Shown one piece after another: positions 7,632 through 17,484 of a stretch of 60,134 nucleotides of DNA; positions within the stretch are counted from its first letter, which is position 1; every line of letters begins with the position of its first letter. Made by a program: the position numbers and the translations under genes. The notes beneath the pieces were generated by a model, which worked only from the letters and a program-made list of their open reading frames with translations, ran no database searches and was not told the DNA's origin. The DNA is taken from the IMG/VR virus record IMGVR_UViG_3300028025_004184, positions 1 through 60,134 of that record. One strand, given 5' to 3'. The stretch is from a virus (Duplodnaviria; Caudoviricetes).

Positions 7632-8414
7632 ATGGCAGAAGATAATAAAAAAAATAGTTTAGCGTCATTAGCAGCATATTCAGCTGCTCTTAGAGAATTA
7701 TATGATTCTACCCCGGACAGATTAAGCAAGGCCTCTGCAGGAGAATTTAGCGATATTATAAATAAAGCTGTAGCAAATGATGCTATGAAAAAAGCTAATA
7801 TAACGCCATATACTCCAGAAGAGTATTCCAAATTCAAAACATTTTTATCAAAGGATAAGGAATCTGGCTATGCTATTAAGCCCGGTTCCATGACTGATGC
7901 CGGTAAGGATGAGTTAATTTCCGTATTTTCTAATAAAAGAGGTAGAGGTCCGGGGATACTAGAACATGCGGTAGATGTCGGAGGAGCTAAGCAATTAGAT
8001 GCTTTTGACATAAACAATAAACTACCTAGCTTATACGGTAAAGAATTTAATGAAACTTATAGATATAAATTTGATCCGCAATACGCCCCTGCTGATTGGA
8101 ATTATGAAAAAGTAGGAACTCCGGATGTTATAGGAATGCAGTTAGATCCAGAAAAAGCTGCTATCAGAACTGGTCGTCAAGTAGGAAAATCTATTGCTAA
8201 ATTTGGACTCCCAGCATTGGCATTAGGTGCGGCATCTGCCTCCGAATCTCCAGAGCAAGCTTTGATGGACATGATAATACCCGGTGGAGTAGAATCTGTG
8301 GGATCTGCAGATGATGATGCTATTATGAGAGGCGAAGCTCAGGGATATAAAAATTATCAAAATAGCCCTGCTGCTAAGGCTAGACGAGCTGCATTAGAAA
8401 AGTTAGGAAAATAA
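7632..8414 (+). CDS. putative GNAT-like domain protein with shared C-terminal tag
   Basis: LISVFSNKRGRG...LDAFD...LPSLYGKEF resembles GNAT motifs A/B; ends ARRAALEKLGK. Confidence 0.5.
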   Translation: MAEDNKKNSLASLAAYSAALRELYDSTPDRLSKASAGEFSDIINKAVANDAMKKANITPYTPEEYSKFKTFLSKDKESGYAIKPGSMTDAGKDELISVFSNKRGRGPGILEHAVDVGGAKQLDAFDINNKLPSLYGKEFNETYRYKFDPQYAPADWNYEKVGTPDVIGMQLDPEKAAIRTGRQVGKSIAKFGLPALALGAASASESPEQALMDMIIPGGVESVGSADDDAIMRGEAQGYKNYQNSPAAKARRAALEKLGK

Positions 8415-8433
8415 TATAGCCAAAAAGATAGAT

Positions 8434-9375
8434 ATGAAAATAAAAAAAATACAAGTACCATACCAGCCTGATTATAATGAACCTACTGAAGTACCCTATC
8501 AGTCTGGGTATAGCATTCCAGTAACATCTAAGAGACTTCCTAGTAAAGAAGATGTTAACTATCTTCAGAATCTAGTAAAAGAAGGAAGAAATCAAGAAGC
8601 TGAGAATTTTATCAATAAAGCGGTCTTACCCTATGAAGTAGAAGGGCTGCATCCGGGAATTTCAACTAGAAACTATATTGCAAATGCACTTCATCAGTCT
8701 ATACTAAATAGAAATCCATACTTAGATAATTATACTCCTGAAGGTCAATCTGCACATTTACCAGATATAGTATATCCCGGATTAAAAGATTTAAAAGAAA
8801 AATTAAATCTTTCTAATGAACTTGAACATCTATACAGCAGCTCTTATACTCCAATTGATTCTAAAGTTCCAAATAGAAAGCCGGGAAGTATAAAACTTGA
8901 TACCATGTCTGATTCTTATCTTGATGACGTATTACATGAATATGCACATTCTGTTGACGACATATTTAATAATGCAAAAAAAGGAAAGTGGAAAGAAGGA
9001 AGTACTGAGCTTAAAGCCATTCAGAATTTTGTTAAAAATAATCCTAAATTGAAAAAACTATATGAGAGTCCTGTTAAAGAAACTACACGAAGGGAAGATA
9101 CACCTCTATCAGCATCTAATATATTTGATAAACAAGAATATTCTCCAATTAGAAGAGTTCCTAATTTTCAAGAATATGATCCTAAAACAGGAGATTTTGG
9201 TTCTGATATTATAGAGTCTCCTATAGATAAGTATAAAGAAGTTGGTGGAGAGCATCATATTGAAAGACCATTCTCTCTTGAGAATTTTAATAATTTTAAT
9301 AGAGGTGATCTTAAAGACATAGTGGATACTCCAGCTCCCTCTAAATTCCCTAAAATAAAGAAATTAATTGGATAA
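8434..9375 (+). CDS. putative zincin metallopeptidase-domain protein
   Basis: LHEYAHSVD (HExxH); YPGLK and downstream HH parallel 5731-6540. Confidence 0.55.
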   Translation: MKIKKIQVPYQPDYNEPTEVPYQSGYSIPVTSKRLPSKEDVNYLQNLVKEGRNQEAENFINKAVLPYEVEGLHPGISTRNYIANALHQSILNRNPYLDNYTPEGQSAHLPDIVYPGLKDLKEKLNLSNELEHLYSSSYTPIDSKVPNRKPGSIKLDTMSDSYLDDVLHEYAHSVDDIFNNAKKGKWKEGSTELKAIQNFVKNNPKLKKLYESPVKETTRREDTPLSASNIFDKQEYSPIRRVPNFQEYDPKTGDFGSDIIESPIDKYKEVGGEHHIERPFSLENFNNFNRGDLKDIVDTPAPSKFPKIKKLIG

Positions 9376-9385
9376 CACCCTTATA
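9376..9385 (+). promoter_or_regulatory. putative phage late promoter
   Basis: CACCCTTATA, intergenic. Confidence 0.6.
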
Positions 9386-9445
9386 TAGTAATAGTAATTA
9401 CTTAGATACCAATAGGCTCTAAGTGCTTGACTTATAAGGACATTC

Positions 9446-9784
9446 ATGAAAAAATATCTAGACGCTATCCCAGCATCACTTCTATTGATTTTCTCCATAA
9501 TTATTAATTTTAAATCTGAAAGCATAGGTGTAGCAGTTGGCTTAATAGCCTCAGCTTTTCTATTTGGTTATCAACAATATTTGCTTAGAACTGAGCAGCC
9601 TGATATTTTAGGTGAGCTTGAAAAGCTTCGTAAAGAAACTGACGCAAGAGTTTTAAATATCCAAACAAAAGCAGAGACTGAGCTTACTCAACTTCGTGAT
9701 GATGTTGCTAAGTTTAGCTTAACTATGGCCAGAGTTCCGGGAATTATGGAAAGACCTAAAGATAAACCTAAAATACAATTTTAA
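9446..9784 (+). CDS. membrane protein (2 TM plus coiled coil)
   Basis: Two N-terminal hydrophobic segments; AAGGA RBS. Confidence 0.7.
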   Translation: MKKYLDAIPASLLLIFSIIINFKSESIGVAVGLIASAFLFGYQQYLLRTEQPDILGELEKLRKETDARVLNIQTKAETELTQLRDDVAKFSLTMARVPGIMERPKDKPKIQF

Positions 9785-9792
9785 AGGCTATT

Positions 9793-10137
9793 ATGAGCGT
9801 TTATCACGAGTTAGATAATTTAGAAATTGAAAGACTTAGAAAAAAAATTGTAGAGCTTGAGCTAGAGTTATCTAAAGCACATTCTCTTTTACAAGACAAT
9901 GACTTATTTGAAGAATTGCCAAGTACTTCTGACGAAGAGGTAATATGCGTTAACGAGATTCACAAGTTAAGAGTTGCATCAGACAACGGCATTCTTACGC
10001 TAGAAGATGTGAAAATTCTAGACCTTTTAGTTAAGAATTTATTAGCTATTAGAGGTAAGCCAGCTGAAGAAAAGAAAGACAGAAAAAAAGGTGCTAAGAG
10101 TGTAGCTGAGCTTCTTAGCATTGTTGATAAAAAATGA
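9793..10137 (+). CDS. possible terminase small subunit
   Basis: Helical protein overlapping the terL start; call rests on position only. Confidence 0.4.
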   Translation: MSVYHELDNLEIERLRKKIVELELELSKAHSLLQDNDLFEELPSTSDEEVICVNEIHKLRVASDNGILTLEDVKILDLLVKNLLAIRGKPAEEKKDRKKGAKSVAELLSIVDKK

Positions 10138-11618
10138 GTGAAAAAAAAGAACGACCTATTTCACGAGAAGAAGCTATTACCCAATTATGGGAGCATGGCG
10201 TTCTAGATTATAAACTTACCGAGCCTCAGAAAATAATTAAGAAAGGTATTCTAGAAGATAAGAGTAAGATCAGTGTTGTCATGTGTGCTCGTCGTCTTGG
10301 TAAAAGTTATCTAGCACTTTCCATGGCGATAGAGGCTTGCCTAAAGACTCCAGATACTATTGTCAAATATGTATTCCCTAAACAAAAAGCTGCTAAGAAA
10401 AATATCCTTCCAATTATGAAAACTATTCTAGAGGACTGTCCAAAGTCTCTGCGTCCTGTGTTTATGGCTGCTGATCTTTTGTATAAATTTCCTAATGGTA
10501 GTGAGTTGCAAATGGCAGGTTCTGATAATGGCAACATAGAAAATATTCGAGGTGGTAACTCCAGTTTGAATATCGTAGATGAGGCTGGATTCTGCGATGA
10601 TTTAACATACGCTGTTAGATCAGTATTAGCTCCTACAACTAAGTTAACGCATGGTAGAACTATACTAGTATCTACTCCATCTCGTTACGAAGATCATGAA
10701 TTTGTTCAGGACTGGGCTTTAAAATATCAAGCAGAAGGCCGTATTAGAGTCTTTACTATTTTTGATAACCCACAGTTTACAGAAGCTATTATTAAAGACG
10801 CTCTAGATGATTATCCAGACGGTGAAAAAGATCCCGGATTTCGTCGTGAGTATATGTGTGAGATTGTACGCAGCGCAGATACATCTATTTTACCATCATT
10901 TAGCTCAGATGTTGAAAGAGTAATTGTAAGATCTGACTATCCTAGACCAGTATTCTATGATGCATACGTTTCTATGGATATCGGGGGATCAGATTTAACC
11001 GCTGTAGTTTTTGGGTATTACGACTATCTAAATGCCACTACAGTGATAGAAGATGAGCTTATTTTTGGAAAAGAAGTAAATACTAGGCTAGTTGCTGAAG
11101 CTATAAGAAAAAAAGAAGAAGAGCTTTGGAGAAATTCTATAGATGAGAGCATTATTCCTCCATACCTAAGAATTGCCGATAACAATAACTTAATTATGTT
11201 AACTGACTTACAAAGAGATCACGGTATAACATTCATCCCAACAAGAAAAGATAACAGAGAAGCGGCTATTAATGCACTAGACGTAGGATTATCCCAACAT
11301 AAGGTAATTATTCACCCAAAGTGTACACATACCTTGTATCACATGAAATTTGCAAGATGGGATAAGAATAGAAGAAATTTTCTTAAGCTCAAAGACTCTC
11401 CCTCTGGCCAAATTAAAGGCGGTCACGCAGATGCTCTTGCCGCAATCATATACTTACACAGAAATATTATTAAAAGTAAAAATCCTTATCCAGTTGGGTA
11501 TGGCGATATTTCTGGTTCTGGAGTTTTCGCATCTCAGCTAAAAAAAGATGAGCAAAAAGATAAGTCTATGAAATCTTGGCTTTCTGGTATGGTGTGGAAG
11601 AGGCCTAGCGGTAAGTAA
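10134..11618 (+). CDS. terL: terminase large subunit
   Basis: ARRLGKS Walker A, IVDEAG Walker B, VSTP coupling motif, FRREYMCE, SMDIGGSD nuclease Asp. Confidence 0.95.
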   Translation: MSEKKERPISREEAITQLWEHGVLDYKLTEPQKIIKKGILEDKSKISVVMCARRLGKSYLALSMAIEACLKTPDTIVKYVFPKQKAAKKNILPIMKTILEDCPKSLRPVFMAADLLYKFPNGSELQMAGSDNGNIENIRGGNSSLNIVDEAGFCDDLTYAVRSVLAPTTKLTHGRTILVSTPSRYEDHEFVQDWALKYQAEGRIRVFTIFDNPQFTEAIIKDALDDYPDGEKDPGFRREYMCEIVRSADTSILPSFSSDVERVIVRSDYPRPVFYDAYVSMDIGGSDLTAVVFGYYDYLNATTVIEDELIFGKEVNTRLVAEAIRKKEEELWRNSIDESIIPPYLRIADNNNLIMLTDLQRDHGITFIPTRKDNREAAINALDVGLSQHKVIIHPKCTHTLYHMKFARWDKNRRNFLKLKDSPSGQIKGGHADALAAIIYLHRNIIKSKNPYPVGYGDISGSGVFASQLKKDEQKDKSMKSWLSGMVWKRPSGK

Positions 11619-11648
11619 TTGATAATTCAATGCATTAATATGATATAG

Positions 11649-11658
11649 CACCCTTACA
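11649..11658 (+). promoter_or_regulatory. putative phage late promoter
   Basis: CACCCTTACA upstream of the portal gene. Confidence 0.6.
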
Positions 11659-11682
11659 TATTAGAAAAGTAAAGGAATTTAC

Positions 11683-13842
11683 ATGGCTTATTTTGATAAA
11701 GACGAGTATTTTGCAGCTAGTGACGATGAGACACTTGTCTTATATTTGCAAAAAAAATCAGACGCTTGGTTTAATTCCTTAATTTCTACAGACTACTTAG
11801 ATAAGATTAAAAGAAGCTGGCAAGCCTATTATGGATTTTATTATGAAGGTGGCCACGCCATTACTTTCGGTGGAGAAACTGGAGAGCTAGTAAATTTGCC
11901 AATGAACCATTACGGTAACATTGCAAGCCATATTCTTACTATGGTAACAGCTACTAGACCATCTTTTCAAGCAAGATCTGTTAACACTGATGTAAAATCT
12001 CAAATACAAACAAACTTAGCGAATGGTTTGTTAGAATATTACATGAGGGACAAAAGACTTGAGCAAGATCTTAAGAGAGCTGTTGAATATGCTATTATCA
12101 TGGGTTCCGGCTATATTAAAATGGAGTGGAATGCCACTACTGGTGAGATATATGACTTTATTGAGCCAGAATATAAGCCACTTGTTGATGAAAGTGGAGA
12201 AATTCAGTATGATGTTGACGGACAGCCTGTATATGAAACTGACGAAAATGGCGAGAAAGTTGAGCTTAGAGCAGGAGTTCCACTATATAGCGGTGACATC
12301 ATTTTTAATGTTATGTCGCCTTTTGATGTAGTATTTGATCCAACTAAGTCAGATAGTAACCATGACTGGCAGCTTTGCCGTAGTTTTAAAAATAAATATG
12401 ATCTAATCGCTAAATATCCTGAGTTTTCTGATAAAATCAAAGCTCTTAAAACAAAGTCTGATCTTAACACTACTCGCATAACTATGTCAGCTTACGATGA
12501 GACTACGGATGTTCCGGTATATGAATTTTTTCACAGACCAACAGAGTCTCTTCCTAAAGGGCGTTATGTTCTTTATCTAGACTCTGATATTGTACTAGAA
12601 GATACTGTGCTAGTTTATAAGCACCTGCCAATTTTTAGAATTGCTAGTAGAGATATCCTAGGTACTCCGTTCAGCTACACAGCAATGTTCGATTTACTTC
12701 CAATTCAAGACGCAGTTAACTCTCTGTACTCTACAATCATGACCAATCAGAATACTTTTGGTGTTCAGAATGTCTATGTAGAAAGAGGTTCTGATGTTCA
12801 AATGGAGCAAGTTGCTGATGGGTTAAATTTTATCCAAGGTAATCCGGGATTCCAACCTCCTAAAGCTTTAAACTTAACATCTACACCAGCTGAAATATTT
12901 AATTTTTTGAAAATGCTAGAGTCATCGATGGAGACTATATCAGGCGTAAATTCTGTCGCACGAGGTAATCCAGAGTCTCAGCTTAAATCGGGTAATGCCC
13001 TAGCATTAATTCAATCTCAAGCTCTGCAGTTTATTTCTGGGCTACAGCAATCGTATATCCAACTGATTGAAGATGTTGGAACTAATGTTGTGGAGCTTCT
13101 TAAAACTTTTGCTAAGACTCCTAGAGTTGCGGCAATTGCTGGTAAGTCTAATGTAACTTATATGAAAGAGTTTACATCAGATGATTTAAGTTCTATTACA
13201 AGAGTAATTGTAGACGCTGGTAACGCACTAGCTCAAACTACAGCTGGTCGTGTTGAAATGGCCAGTCAAATGATGCAAATGGGTATTATTACTACTCCTG
13301 AGCATTATATATCTGTTATTAATACAGGTAAATTAGAAACTATGACTGAAGGTCAAAACAAGGAGTTGTTGCTTGTTAGAGCTGAAAGAGAACGCCTTGT
13401 GGACGGTACAACTCCCGTGGTGGCTGTACTTACTGATTCTCATTCATTGCATATTAGAGAGCATAAGGCTGTTCTCGCAGATCCTGATTTACGTATGGAT
13501 GCGGAGCTTGTTCAACGAACGCTTGCGCATATTCAAGAGCACATTAACATCCTCTCTGATCCTAATGTTGCTAATATTCTTACTATGTTAGGAGAGCAGC
13601 CACTAGGCCCTCCTATGGGAACTCCTCCAGCTCCGGGCACAGTAGCTCCAGAGCAACCAATGCAACAAGGTCAAGAGCAGATACCTCCTTTATTAGAAAA
13701 TCCTCAAGCTCAGAGCGTTGCAGCAACTGCTAATCAAGGGCCTCTGCCATCTCCTGCGCAACCTGCAGGTGTTTCTCAAGGAGTACTGCCTCCTCAACCA
13801 ACAACGCCAGAACAGCTGGCTGCAAATAACTTAGGAGCATAA
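11683..13842 (+). CDS. portal protein (P22-like)
   Basis: Follows terL; GSGYIKMEW, SPFDVVFDP, METISGVNSVARG; Pro/Gln-rich tail. Confidence 0.88.
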   Translation: MAYFDKDEYFAASDDETLVLYLQKKSDAWFNSLISTDYLDKIKRSWQAYYGFYYEGGHAITFGGETGELVNLPMNHYGNIASHILTMVTATRPSFQARSVNTDVKSQIQTNLANGLLEYYMRDKRLEQDLKRAVEYAIIMGSGYIKMEWNATTGEIYDFIEPEYKPLVDESGEIQYDVDGQPVYETDENGEKVELRAGVPLYSGDIIFNVMSPFDVVFDPTKSDSNHDWQLCRSFKNKYDLIAKYPEFSDKIKALKTKSDLNTTRITMSAYDETTDVPVYEFFHRPTESLPKGRYVLYLDSDIVLEDTVLVYKHLPIFRIASRDILGTPFSYTAMFDLLPIQDAVNSLYSTIMTNQNTFGVQNVYVERGSDVQMEQVADGLNFIQGNPGFQPPKALNLTSTPAEIFNFLKMLESSMETISGVNSVARGNPESQLKSGNALALIQSQALQFISGLQQSYIQLIEDVGTNVVELLKTFAKTPRVAAIAGKSNVTYMKEFTSDDLSSITRVIVDAGNALAQTTAGRVEMASQMMQMGIITTPEHYISVINTGKLETMTEGQNKELLLVRAERERLVDGTTPVVAVLTDSHSLHIREHKAVLADPDLRMDAELVQRTLAHIQEHINILSDPNVANILTMLGEQPLGPPMGTPPAPGTVAPEQPMQQGQEQIPPLLENPQAQSVAATANQGPLPSPAQPAGVSQGVLPPQPTTPEQLAANNLGA

Positions 13843-13843
13843 T

Positions 13844-13891
13844 ATGGCTAAATGTGGATCAAAAAAAGGTAAAGGAAAAAAAGGGAAGTAG
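13844..13891 (+). CDS. 15-aa basic micropeptide MAKCGSKKGKGKKGK
   Basis: AGGAG RBS; fills the gap between the portal stop and the next ATG. Confidence 0.5.
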   Translation: MAKCGSKKGKGKKGK

Positions 13892-13892
13892 C

Positions 13893-14399
13893 ATGCCAGC
13901 TAAAAGTGATTTTGGTCATAAAAATTGCTTAGAATGCGGTAATGTTATTATTCATAAGATAAAAAGAGATATAGAACGTAAAAAGTTTTGCTCACAGACC
14001 TGTATGGGAACTTATTATGGAAGAAAAAGACCATTAGATCACATGAATAAAATGTGGGTTTTAGGATGTAGTCCAGAAGCTAATGCTAAAAAGGGGCGTA
14101 AAGGAGAAAACCACCCTCAATATAAAAAGGATAGAAGCCAAGTTAAGAGTAAACGCTCTAGATATGAAAATACTGTTTGGACTAGAAGTGTTTTTGAAAA
14201 AGATGATTTTACTTGTCAGGATTGTGGACAACGTGGTGGAAAATTACAAGCCGACCACATAAAACCATACTGCATTTGCTCTGAGGATGAGAAATGGAAT
14301 TTAGAAAATGGAAGAACTTTATGTGTAGCATGTCATAAGAAAACAGATACTTATGGAATTAAAATGGTACATAAATTAAGAAAGGAAAAAGAACAATGA
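13893..14399 (+). CDS. HNH endonuclease
   Basis: CQDCG...ADHIKP...NGRTLCVACHKK plus N-terminal CxxC/CSxxC; ATG 13893 preferred over GTG 13854. Confidence 0.9.
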   Translation: MPAKSDFGHKNCLECGNVIIHKIKRDIERKKFCSQTCMGTYYGRKRPLDHMNKMWVLGCSPEANAKKGRKGENHPQYKKDRSQVKSKRSRYENTVWTRSVFEKDDFTCQDCGQRGGKLQADHIKPYCICSEDEKWNLENGRTLCVACHKKTDTYGIKMVHKLRKEKEQ

Positions 14400-14569
14400 G
14401 TGCTAAGTCAAAAGCTCAATTTCGCTTTATGAAAGCAGCGGAAAATAATCCTGAGTTTGCAAAAAAAGTTGGGATTGAACCAGATGTAGCTGCGGAGTTT
14501 ACCAAAGGTAATGTTGGTAAAAAAAGATTTGCTAAACTTAAGGAAAAAGTAGATGGAAAAAAGAAGTAA
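14396..14569 (+). CDS. 57-aa phage head-module protein (MSAKSKAQFRFMKAAENNPEFAKKVGI...)
   Basis: AAGGA RBS, ATGA overlap; below the ORF track cutoff. Confidence 0.75.
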   Translation: MSAKSKAQFRFMKAAENNPEFAKKVGIEPDVAAEFTKGNVGKKRFAKLKEKVDGKKK

Positions 14570-14747
14570 AAAAACTTTAGAAGATTATTACACAGAAGAT
14601 CTTTTAAAAGACCCTTATAGAGAAGTTAACCTAGAAGATATGTCTATGGCAGAAGATCCAGAAGCTATGGCTAGAGCTGTGGGTAAACAAAAAAAGCAAA
14701 AAGCTTATTTTGAAAGATTAAAGCAAAAGCTAGATAGAGGGATGTAA
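14553..14747 (+). CDS. small head-module protein
   Basis: AAGGA RBS. Confidence 0.7.
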   Translation: MEKRSKKTLEDYYTEDLLKDPYREVNLEDMSMAEDPEAMARAVGKQKKQKAYFERLKQKLDRGM

Positions 14748-14947
14748 TGAGCGACGCTAATAAAAAAGCTAGAAGACCTGCGGGATATAAGCCTTTTTGG
14801 GAAAGCGACGAGGAAGAACAGCCTGTAGAACAGCCTAAGCCATCTTATGATTGGTCTGCTCTAAAAAGTAGAGTCCTTGGAGACAAGACAGCTGCTGAAG
14901 TAGCAGAAGAAGAAACCAGAAAATTAAAAGAAAGATACGGTAGATAA
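14747..14947 (+). CDS. small head-module protein
   Basis: TAATG overlap, GAGGG RBS. Confidence 0.7.
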   Translation: MSDANKKARRPAGYKPFWESDEEEQPVEQPKPSYDWSALKSRVLGDKTAAEVAEEETRKLKERYGR

Positions 14948-15018
14948 TAGTAATACCAGACTTATCCCAATAATGGGACAGTCATTTTAGGCTCATACAA
15001 ACAGCCGAAAGGAAAGTT

Positions 15019-15975
15019 ATGTCAGACGAAGTATCAATGTCAGAAGAAGTTTCTCAAGAAGTTTCAGGCCAAGAAGGTGCTGAAGAAGTATCTGCTGGTT
15101 CAGAAGAAGGCTCTAGTGAAGCGCAATTACAGAGTGCTGTAGAAGATGCTATTGCTAGTGGAGCTTCTAAGAAAGAAGTTCAGAATCTAATTAAAGAGTT
15201 CCAACTAAAAGTAAACGGTAAAGTTATCAATAAGCAAATTGACTTATCTGATGAGAACAATCTCAGAAATGAACTTCAACTTGCTGCTGCTGCTCGTCAA
15301 TCTATGCAGGAAGCCGCTAACCTTAAAAAAATGTATGAAAAAGAAGTTGGCCGTCTTAGACAGAATCCGTGGGAAGTTCTACAAGAGCTTGGATTAGATC
15401 CAGATGAACTTGCTGAACTACGCATTCAACAACGTATCGAAGAGATGAAAAAATCTCCTGAGCAATTAGAGAAAGAAAGAATCCAGTTGGAGCTACAATC
15501 TGCTCGTGAAGAAGCTCGTCGTCTTAAAGAAGAACGTGACGCAACTCAGTTTGAACAGCTTAAAGAACAAGCTGCTGCTCAGATTGAATCAGAAATTGAA
15601 CAGGCTTTAGACTCTCATAAAACACTTCCAAAATCTAGACACATTGTTAAGCGTATTGCAGATTCTATGCTATGGGCTATGAACAATGGTTTTGATGACG
15701 TAAGTGCTGAAGACGTTATGCCTCTTGTTGAAAAAGAATGGCGTGATGAAATGAGCAGACTAATGGATGACTCTCCAGAAGATATCCTTGAGCAACTTAT
15801 CGGTCAAAGAAATATCGAAAGACTAAGAGCTAAGAGACTTAATGCTATGAACACTTCCAATATTAAGACAGCTTCTTCTGTAAAATCTACAGCTGGATCT
15901 GTTCAGAAAAAGGATGATGCTCCAAAGCAAAAGATTAAGCAACGTGATTTCTTCCGCCAATTGGGACGTAAATAA
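15019..15975 (+). CDS. capsid scaffolding protein
   Basis: Acidic N-terminus, LKVNG motif, coiled coil, directly upstream of the capsid gene. Confidence 0.8.
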   Translation: MSDEVSMSEEVSQEVSGQEGAEEVSAGSEEGSSEAQLQSAVEDAIASGASKKEVQNLIKEFQLKVNGKVINKQIDLSDENNLRNELQLAAAARQSMQEAANLKKMYEKEVGRLRQNPWEVLQELGLDPDELAELRIQQRIEEMKKSPEQLEKERIQLELQSAREEARRLKEERDATQFEQLKEQAAAQIESEIEQALDSHKTLPKSRHIVKRIADSMLWAMNNGFDDVSAEDVMPLVEKEWRDEMSRLMDDSPEDILEQLIGQRNIERLRAKRLNAMNTSNIKTASSVKSTAGSVQKKDDAPKQKIKQRDFFRQLGRK

Positions 15976-16025
15976 TTAAAATTACTAGGGTGTTATTATA
16001 TAAGTATGTGTAATACTTAAAATAG

Positions 16026-16035
16026 CACCCTTATA
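16026..16035 (+). promoter_or_regulatory. putative phage late promoter
   Basis: CACCCTTATA upstream of the capsid gene. Confidence 0.6.
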
Positions 16036-16162
16036 CATTAGCTGGTGTATTTAGTACAGACGATGCCTCCAAATATCCAAGGACTTTGGACAAGCTAGTT
16101 AGGAAGAATATAACTAAGTTATAAACAAACTAACAAAACTTAACGTAGAAAAAAGGAAATTT

Positions 16163-17431
16163 ATGGCTATTGAATCAACAAACACCGTATCGACACTTGA
16201 CGGTCATTTTAAAGAAGTGTACGCATCAAAAATTAGAGATCTAGTACCTGAAGGTATGAAAATGCTTAAGCTTGCTGAGTTCTCAGCAGCTGAGAAACTT
16301 CTTGGTAATCTCTATCACCAACCAGTTGTTCTAGGTCTTGAGCACGGCTTCACATACGGCGGATCTGCTGGTGATGCTTTCATCCTTAACGCAGCTGTTG
16401 CTTCTCCTAACCGTGATGCACAAGTTAAAGGTCATGAGCTAGTTCTAGTATCTGCTATTTCAGTAGGTGCTGCTTCTCGTTCTATCTCTTCTAAAGCTGC
16501 TTTCGAGCAAGAAACTAAACGTCTTGTTCAGAACATGCTTAAGTCAACTCAAATCCGTATGGAAATCCAACTTATGTACGGTGGATCTGGTATTGCTAAA
16601 GTTGCAATTGTTGATACTGTTAATAACATTCTAACTATCTGTGGTTCTGAATGGGCTGCTGGTATTTGGTCTGGTTCTAAAAACGCTGCTCTTGAAATCC
16701 GCTCTCAATCAGGTGCTCTTCGTGGTACTTGTAACGTAGTTAAGCCAAACCTTAAAGATCAAACTATTGAAGTAGATCTTATTCCGAGTTTAGTTAGTGG
16801 TAATCCAGATTCTGAAAATTCTGCTGCTGATGTTATTTACTTCAAGGGCGCATATAATAAAGAATTTGCTGGTCTCCATAAAATCATTACAAATGATCAA
16901 ACTCTTTTCAATATCGACGCATCTGAGTTCGACCTTTTCAAAGGTAACGTAGTAACCGTCGGTACTTCTGAAGCTTCAAAAGCTTTCATTTCTTTCGATA
17001 AAGTTGAAGAAGCTGTAGCTCTTTGTATGGAAAAAGGTCTTACTGAAGAAGACGTTGTTTGTCTTGTAAATCCTAAGCACTGGAACAAGTTAATGACTGA
17101 GCAAGCTGCTAAGCGTCAGTATGATAGCTCTTACTCTTCTGAGAAAATGGAAAATGGAGCTAAGTCTCTAGTTTTCTACGGCCAGAATGGTAAAATCGAA
17201 ATTCATGCTTCACTTTTCGTAAAAGAAGGTTTTGCTTATATCTTCCCACCTGCAGAACTTGAGCGTATCGGCTCTTCTGATATCACTTTTGAGCGTCCGG
17301 GCTTTCCGGGTAAGTTCTTCCGTGAAATGGAATCTGCTAATGGTTACGAACTTCGTGCTTACTCTGACCAAGCTTTATTCACTTCTGCTCCGGGTAAAAT
17401 GGCTGTTCTTAAGTATATCAAAACAGCTTAA
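16163..17431 (+). CDS. major capsid protein
   Basis: Position after scaffold, 422 aa, high-expression codon bias, strong terminator after it. Confidence 0.85.
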   Translation: MAIESTNTVSTLDGHFKEVYASKIRDLVPEGMKMLKLAEFSAAEKLLGNLYHQPVVLGLEHGFTYGGSAGDAFILNAAVASPNRDAQVKGHELVLVSAISVGAASRSISSKAAFEQETKRLVQNMLKSTQIRMEIQLMYGGSGIAKVAIVDTVNNILTICGSEWAAGIWSGSKNAALEIRSQSGALRGTCNVVKPNLKDQTIEVDLIPSLVSGNPDSENSAADVIYFKGAYNKEFAGLHKIITNDQTLFNIDASEFDLFKGNVVTVGTSEASKAFISFDKVEEAVALCMEKGLTEEDVVCLVNPKHWNKLMTEQAAKRQYDSSYSSEKMENGAKSLVFYGQNGKIEIHASLFVKEGFAYIFPPAELERIGSSDITFERPGFPGKFFREMESANGYELRAYSDQALFTSAPGKMAVLKYIKTA

Positions 17432-17454
17432 TTTTAACATTCTTTTAAAATTAG

Positions 17455-17484
17455 AAAAGCCTCCGTTCTGGAGGCTTTTTTTTT
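17455..17484 (+). terminator. intrinsic terminator
   Basis: AAAAGCCTCC-GTTCT-GGAGGCTTTT followed by T tract. Confidence 0.9.

Noticed and set aside
13893-14399. Group I intron around the HNH gene
   Set aside because: Flanking genes look complete and there is no noncoding room for an intron core
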